A stretch of 45,410 bases of DNA, counting the filler, from Sphacelaria rigidula (lineage: Eukaryota), in assembly GCA_964200075.2 (NCBI GenBank). It is 2 parts of 2 records of this genome, joined end to end, with 100 filler letters (N's around TTAATTAATTAA, not from the genome) between each part and the next. Parts side by side here need not be neighbours in the genome. Positions count along the whole stretch, not along the records: positions 22,772 to 45,410 come from CAXNAA020000322.1; 1 more part is not named here. One strand, 5' to 3'. The notes below the pieces were generated by a model. The model saw only the letters and a program-made list of their open reading frames with translations, did not search any database and had not been told where the DNA came from. The position numbers and the translations under genes were made by a program. Numbering within the stretch: position 1 is the stretch's first letter; the number at the start of each line of letters is the position of its first letter. Positions 38,405-45,410 of the stretch are shown one piece after another.

Positions 38405-39093
38405 GTGTGTATTTGAATGCAAAACAGTGCACGGACGGCTGCTGTTCGATATTATCGTGCTTGCTGGAGGGGTATGGTACGCGCGTTAGTGTGCAGCGAC
38501 CCTTTGCCCCGTGAAATGTTGGTGCTTCCCGAGGACATGGAGGCAGGTGAAGCTTGATCGGAGAAAAGTATGCTTGAGAGGAGATACATTTAGCATGAGA
38601 CGCTTGTTGCGATCGGAAAGTATGTCAACCGTGACCGCTGGCGGAGAAATCTCATCCTTCCCCGCCGTTGCCTTCGGTGATTGCGAGCCTGGCCCGGCGA
38701 CAACCCGGCGTGCTCCTTCCCGGCTTTGCAGGGATGCGAGGTCATTGATCGTATGACTGCGGCATGCAAGATCATTAGTATGCTCCCCGCTGCTCTCGCC
38801 GCCGTCTAATCATCTCGGGGACAGTGCCCCGCACCCGCACGCATGCGTGATCGTTGACGGTTCATCAGGCGGCTGACACACTTGCAACATCTGATGAACC
38901 CTTTACTCAGACCCGGGGTATGGTCGCCATGTCCAAACAGCTGTTATCAATGTACTCGCCTGGGCTCATCGTTCGTCCTAACACAGCGCTGACACTTGCA
39001 AGCAAGTGCCACACGAGATATGTTGTCACCAGATAGTATTCAATCACCCCCGCCCCCCCGCCCCCCCGCTCCCCTTGGGTCTGCCGCTCACAG

Positions 39094-39282
39094 GTGGATG
39101 CTCAGCAGCACCAGGCCCTGGCCGGAACGTTTGGCGTGACGGGATACCCGACCCTGAAGTGGATGCCCAAGGGCAAGACATCGCCCGCAGATGCGGAGGC
39201 GGTGAACGCGGGCAGAAACGCGGAGGCTCTCTCGACCTTCGTCAGCAGCAAGACCGGTATCGAACCGAAGGTTGCCGACAAG
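39094..39282 (+). CDS. PDI: PDI exon 4 (VDAQQHQALAGTFGVTGYPTLKW...KVADK)
   Basis: cacag acceptor, gtacga donor, 189 bp; GVTGYPTLK cis-Pro thioredoxin motif. Confidence 0.93.
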
Positions 39283-39541
39283 GTACGATGAATATTTGTG
39301 TTTTGATCTTGGCAGATGAGGGTTTGGGGGCGGAGGGGAGGGAAGAGCGCGCTCTCATTCAGATGATTTCGTTGTTTTTCGTGCTCTCAACTTTTGTCTC
39401 GTAAATTTTTGTTTTTCTGGGAGGGGGGGGGGGGGGAGGGTCCATCCGGTCCTCTCGGAGTGTTTTTTTTGGGGCAATGTAAACCCCGAAACGTTGAAAA
39501 AAGCATTAACGGCACNNNNNNNNCGTTTTTTTGTTTTTTTT

Positions 39542-39572
<31 letters not shown>

Positions 39573-40591
39573 GTTTTTTTGGGGGGGGGGGGGGGGGGGG
39601 GGGGGGCAGGGATCATCCGGTCCTCTCGGAGTGTATCTTGTGGAGCAATGTCACGCCCGAAACGTTGAAAACAGCATCGACGGCACCACCATGCTCTGCT
39701 GTACCGTACCTGTCGGCAATCATTGCATGACGTTTGTTGCCATCTTGTACCCACACCCTCGTCCTCCCACAATGCACAACCCGACTGGCATCCACCCTCT
39801 TTGTACGATCATTCATTCTACCGCACCATCCAGATCGCTCCACCTCAGAAACATCTAAAATTCGACAAACCACACCACGCGCCCAAACCTCGCAACTCCC
39901 TTCCTCCATCTACACAACTCGCACAATGACGGTCTTCCCCCAACCTGCCGCAAAAGGCTTACAGACACTCTAGACCACACACACAAAAGCCACTGTTGAC
40001 CCCATATAGTCAACCCCAACAAGATCTACCTATCCGTGACACACATCATTGTGCACAACCCGCACAGGCCTGCGAAAACAGAGTAAATGTCCTCTAGCAC
40101 CTCACCCCCCTACCCCCACCCCCTCCCTTTAAACGGCTTCGAAGCCCCTAACCTAGCCCTTTTCGGGTATTTTTTGTTGTTATTCAATCAACCAATGCTG
40201 GGAACTGCAATTATCTCGTGTGTGTTTTCATCACTGAGCATATGCACATACTGCAATTCGTACGTGAGACTTTGTCCGATTGGTGGGCCGAATCACTCGA
40301 TGCGAGACAATCAGTGCAGTCATGGATAAATATTGTCATTTCTATGCCAAGCATATCAAGCGCATTGGACCCTCTCGCTCCCCCTTCCCTTGATTTTTTT
40401 TTTTTTTCATCACATTTCAACCCCGCTCTGTCCTCGGGACTAGTGAGTAGACTGTAATCGTCAGCAATCGCCCAGAAGTCGTACTCTGGTCTCTGAGAAT
40501 ACGTCCAACATCACAACCTTGAAAACCCCGAACTTATTGGTCTCCGTACTCGACAACCCGCCGACAACTCCCTTCCCGCTCCAAAAAACAG

Positions 40592-40933
40592 CCACCCTCT
40601 GCAGTTGTAGATCTCACGATGGAGAACTTCGACTCCGTCGCCCTAGATCCCACCAAGCACGTCCTCGTGGAGTTCTACGCGCCGTGGTGTGGGCATTGCA
40701 AGAAGCTGGCGCCGGTGTACGAACAAGTGGCACAAATATTCGCCGCGGAACGCGACGTGCTGGTGGTTGCCAAGGTCGATGCTGCCGATGAGAAAGAGCT
40801 TGGTTCGCGTTTCGGCGTGAGCGGGTTCCCGACCATCAAGTTTTTCCCCGCCGGGACTGAGAGCGGGGGCGAACCGGAGACGTACAGCGGCAGCCGCGAC
40901 GTGAAGGGCTTCGTTGACTACCTCAACTCAAAG
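40592..40933 (+). CDS. PDI: PDI exon 5: second thioredoxin domain a' (PPSAVVDLTMENFD..EFYAPWCGHCK..GFPTIKFF..YLNSK)
   Basis: aacag acceptor, gtaatg donor, 342 bp in frame; complete WCGHC domain. Confidence 0.95.
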
Positions 40934-42151
40934 GTAATGCGGTTTGTTGCGTGCGTGCGTGTGTGCCTGCGTTTGTCCATATTTGTAGCATTTTGTGAGA
41001 ATTTGTGGGGTTAGTGGTTTATTTTGTTAGTACTTGAGGGAGAGGGCGAGTGAGAGGTAGAGGGAGGGAAATAACAGGGGTAAAACAAAGTGCAGGGGAA
41101 ACGGGATTGGTGAGGGCGGGAGAGTGGTGTCCGGGCGGGCCCGAGAAAAACGTTTGTGCTTGTTGGATATCTCGAGTCGAGTGCCTGAAGATGTGCAAAT
41201 GAAATGTTTTTTTTCAAGATCGAAACGCAGTGCTATAGTTTGCATACCTTCGTGTATGTGTGTGTGGCGGTCAGGCAACGGTCAGGTCACTTGAGTATCA
41301 CTAGTCAGTCGGCCGATATATCTGCTTGAATAAACGTATATTGAAAACAGAGAGTTTGAGGTGAAAATGTACTTGAAAATATACTGTGTCCCGCCACTCT
41401 CCCGCGCGCGCGCTCTTCCGTATCTATGATCGTAGATCCACCTATCCCACTCGTCTTCCAAGACGTTTAGTTATTGAGTCACCTTAATGTTGAAAATTGG
41501 TTGGCTCTTGTTCGGAACAGACTGCAACTCGTCCATGAAATTTCGTTTGAATTTTTGTCGCGATTGGGCCACTCGGCCGTGCACCTGTATCGACGGGACT
41601 AGCGAACATACGAAATAATCGTTGAGGTATGCAAGAGCCCAACACATACATGACATTAACCCTAACCCTAACCCTAAAAAGTGTGATGTTGTACGATAAT
41701 ATCACAGTGAGGTCTCGGTGCGAACGTATTTTGGGTCCAACCTTTACTTTCGGCTGTTGGTGCGAAGTCTGTTGTTCATTATCACCGCGCAGGTATTCAG
41801 AGCATGTCAATGTGTGCGGTCTGTGTCGTTACCCCATGTATTTTGGACGTCAGTTTACACGTTTCGGTGTATGTGGGCGTATCAGTCGGGACCACACAGG
41901 AGGAAGACCAACACAAGAGTTTTTTGTCCATTTTTTCTCTTGTTTTAGTACTTCACCTCCCTCCTGCGGTGCTCATCTTTCATTTTTTACCACAAAAAGG
42001 GTTCTGCGGTCCTTTTTTCCTCGTCGACCGTGAAGTCGAATTATGTACCGTCTACTACTGTGTGTTGATGTTGTCCCTTCCCCCGTGTTTTGGGCGTTGC
42101 ATACCCTCACTCTCGATGGCCACCAAAATAACCACAAAAACACAATATTAG

Positions 42152-42358
42152 GCCGGAACATCGAGAAACTTGGACGGGGGTCTGACCGCTAGCGCGGGGC
42201 GGCTTCCGTCTCTGGACGAACTGCTGGTTTCTTTCGTCTCTTCTGGCGCCGCGGCGTCCGAGCTCTTGTCCGTCGTGGAAGAAGGGGTTGCGAAGGGCGA
42301 TTTTAGCTCTGAGGCGAACAAGGCGTCTGCCGGTCACTATACCAGGACGGCCAAAAAG
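42152..42358 (+). CDS. PDI: PDI exon 6: ERp29-like C-terminal helical domain (AGTSRNLDGGLTASAGRLPSLDEL...HYTRTAKK); final exon not seen in window
   Basis: tag acceptor, gtgacg donor, 207 bp. The GTxRxxDGxLxxxAGRxxxLD linker is typical of ERp38-type PDIs. Spliced total is 327 codons with no stop. Confidence 0.88.
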
Positions 42359-43056
42359 GTGACGGAACGTTATTTGTTCGTCGTGTGCTTTTCTCCCTCT
42401 TTCTCTCGTCCCTCTTTTTTTCTGTTACTTCGTCCTTTCGCCCTTTCTTCTCTCCTTTCTGTAAAAGGCAGCAATGAACGTTGTAAAACGTGAAATATGA
42501 CTGGCAGTATGAAATTAGAGGATATGCTGCAGCAAGGCTGATGTATGCGTCCGAAAACATACAGATATGGTAAGTGCGGAAAGAGAACCGTATATTTCTC
42601 GTGTGAGTCGAACAAGTTTCTGTCTGTTTATCTGTCGAGTATTATTTCGCACGAGGCGCTCTTCTTACGCGGAGGAACCGAAAAAAGATATATGTATATT
42701 TTTTACCATCGAAGAGGATATCCTTACTTTTTTTTCCAACCATTGCAGCAGATCCGCCGTCCACGCCGTCTTTTTTTCTATCGTATCTTGTATCTTGTTT
42801 GACTGATCCTCTGATCTTGCGCTACTATCACTCAACCATTGGAAAACATGCACTTATAAGTGCGGCTGATAGGATGGTGCCCATACTCAGAAGTGAACTT
42901 GCTTGATACTGCACGAGCCAAGCGTCAATGATGCATGTTTGCGGTATATTTTAAGCTGTAGTTCAAATGTGTGTGGTTACTGCCGTGCCCCGCGTGTCCA
43001 AATCAAAATGGCATAACGAGCCCCCGTTAGAGCGGGAAAATGAGGGCTCGTATCAA

Positions 43057-43702
43057 GTCAACGGCCATATGACTACGGTATACAAGATCATGAGTACCCG
43101 GCGTGCTCCTCCGTCCCGGCTTTGTAGGGGCGGACCCCCGATGGGGTTGGCGTCGGTTGGCGATGACGCTATATAACATGCCACTCACTGCGTAAGCTAG
43201 GCAACCAGTTTATCGTTTTTTTTCGCGCGCTTGCGTTTTTTTGCGGTTAACATGATGGTAGTCTAGCTATTATAGATCATGTTGTGCGGCGTGGGAGAAC
43301 CTCAACTCCGCACAATGGAGATGATCGTTTTACTTGGCATTTATATGGTAAGGCACCCATGAGGCAGTGCATAAGCCGTGGCTGTCTCTGGAAGTGGCAG
43401 TACCAGACAATAAAACAACTCATTAGAGGCTGTCATCCGAATGCTATAATAGAAAATCAGCAGGCCTCGGGCCGAACAATCTTAGCAGGATGCAGCTCAC
43501 CCTTCATGCGACTCGCCCAACACACCACGGCGCTTCGCGCTTGGTGATATGGTCCGGCGCACACCCGGCGTGCCCCGTCCCGGCTTTGTAGGGATGCGCG
43601 GTCAACGGTCATACGACTACGGCATTCAGTATCATGCTTACACCGTCCTGGCTTTATAGGGATGCGAGGTCAATAATCTCATGACCACGGGATGCGAGAT
43701 CA
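43057..43702 (+). repeat. Cluster of a ~70-bp dispersed/tandem unit; other copies at 38703-38776 and 45065-45107
   Basis: cccggctttgtagggatgcgaggtcaacggtcatacgactacggcat..gatcat recurs, circularly permuted. Confidence 0.75.
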
Positions 43703-43936
43703 AAAGAACCTCCCACTCCCCCTCACTCCTCCACGCGACCTCGTCACCCCCCTTGTTTCCGTCTCCCTCGGTGATCTCGCACATGAATTTTACTATTATT
43801 TTATCCGTCACATTAGCTCAAATATATCGGGAACCCCGGTCACAGCGCAAGGACCACATCATCAACCATACCCCTAACTCGAAGAGCCCGCAGAGGAAAG
43901 GCGAGAAGCAAAACATATACACGAAAAGATGAATAC

Positions 43937-44209
43937 CTCATGAATACTGACGGCTACTTCCACCGTATCCAACCCTAGCGCTCGCTCCTTGATCTCCAAG
44001 CTCCGCTGAAACAATCTCTCGCCGTCGGCGGGACGTCCGGTCTCGAGGAGCACGTGCCCCAGCAGGCTCAGGGTGGTCGCCACCACCAGCGCATCACCGC
44101 CCAGTTTGGCTTCTTGGATCTCCAGGGCGCGGCGAAACATTCGCTCGGCGCGCCTACGGTTACCGGCCTCGCGGGCACATTTGCCCAGCTCGCCCAAGGT
44201 GGCGGCTAC
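43937..44209 (-). CDS. Internal exon of a TPR-repeat protein (kinesin-light-chain / NB-ARC-TPR-like 42-aa repeats)
   Basis: tttcag acceptor and GAG|gtattc donor on the minus strand, 273 bp phase 0-0, open; VAATLGELGKCAREAG..AERMFRRALEIQEAKLG..VATTLSLLG..LFQRSLEIKERALG. Confidence 0.8.
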
Positions 44210-45316
44210 CTGAAATACCCAGGGGCGACGATGGGTCAAGGATGACGTCCAGACGGTGGGTATTTGATGATTGATTGGTAGAGCTAGGGAATGGGTTGTC
44301 TGGCCATTACCCAGTGAACGGTTAAGCGTAGCGCACCCATCAACCAGTCAAATGGTACACAACGGTATGGTCATCGAGCGCCGAAGTCGTGAGGCAAAAA
44401 GCCGCCCCCGGAGAGCCCCGCTGGAGGCGCCGTGCCGACGGCACATTTTTACGCGATTTGGCTCCACTAGAGCTGAAAAATACGTTATATTTGGTGCAAT
44501 AGTCACGGGCGAAGCTGGTGAGGGTAATTAATGGTCTTAAACCATTATCCAATATCTTCATTCAACCATTACCATTATTACCATTATAATGATAACGGCC
44601 AGTTATGACTGGCATCATTTCTGAGCTCTATTGATTGATCAACTACTTTTTGGTTCACACGCGGAACTAAGTCATCCCTTTTCTGACGGTGGAAATCAGA
44701 TACTTCGGGGGGAAAACCCCCGATGAATCAGGAATGGAACCAACATTTTCTCCACCCTGATGATGACAGTCGGATCATTTTAATTTACACCGACGGGGGC
44801 GCGGCAGCAATGAATAAAACGAAATAAACTTCAACGGTGAAAAAAAAACTCAACCGAATGACCTCCACGATGGATGGATCAGAGCATCATTTCAAACTGT
44901 AAAAAACTGCGCAAATTCAGAGCAGACTGCCAGCTCCGGCAGTCGAAAGCTTCTATACCCGTCCATTTCATATTATTCCGTCAATTTTTCCTTTCTCCTC
45001 TTTCCCCCCCCCTCCTTTCCTTTTGGTGCTTGCGAGTCTGGTCCGGTGCAAAGCTGGAGCACAAGGTTAATGGCCATACGACTACGGCATGAATAACCAT
45101 GTACCCCGTTCTCCTGCCCCCCTCTAGCCCTAGGCCACAGACGGTGAAACCAGAGGGGGATAAGATACGTACAAGGTTTTGTGTGTAATGTATGGAAGAA
45201 ACGTAATGAGCACCCTGATGTTGGAGGTGTCTCTATTAGGAGTAGGAAGGGTGCTCTGTCTCGAAAGGGGTGCATGGCCAATAGTCAAACGATTAAGGCA
45301 AGCAACAAATGAGTAC

Positions 45317-45348
<32 letters not shown>

Positions 45349-45410
45349 CCCCACCCACCCCCCCCCCCCCCACCACCCCACCACGCCCCACCCCCCCCCT
45401 CCGCCAGCCC

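Noticed and set aside
43600..43630. 5S rRNA-like acggtcatac start
   Set aside because: Similarity is only ~10 nt with no internal 5S control region; part of the 70-bp repeat
43894..43932. cag|RKGEKQNIYTKR* as the final PDI exon
   Set aside because: Too short and lacks the expected KG.xY..KE..RL..N.L..F pattern of ERp38 C-termini

Overview
Eukaryotic, intron-rich, transposon-dense DNA. The long introns, A/C-rich acceptors and repeat style suggest a brown alga (Phaeophyceae), but this is inference only. One clear host gene is present: a + strand ER protein disulfide isomerase of the ERp38/PDIL2-1 type (signal peptide, two WCGHC thioredoxin domains, ERp29-like C-terminal domain). Six exons lie at 33843-42358 and the last exon is not visible in the window. 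A spliceable TPR-repeat exon lies antisense at 43937-44209, apparently inside PDI intron 6. The left ~33 kb consists of nested, decayed mobile elements. These include three copies of a hAT family with CACACGTCGGA termini, 8-bp TSDs and 42-bp AGCT-rich subterminal arrays (one copy is a decayed autonomous element), and a chromodomain-bearing Gypsy element inserted in one copy whose primer-binding site resembles the 3' half of a tRNA-Ser. Also present are a P-element-like transposase relic abutting the PDI start, a possible KDZ relic, an RTE-like LINE 3' end, a tRNA-derived SINE head and many MITEs/foldbacks. An artificial assembly linker sits at 22716-22727. I found no convincing wholly new system; the findings are the leads most worth checking. 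All alignments and motif calls were made by eye.
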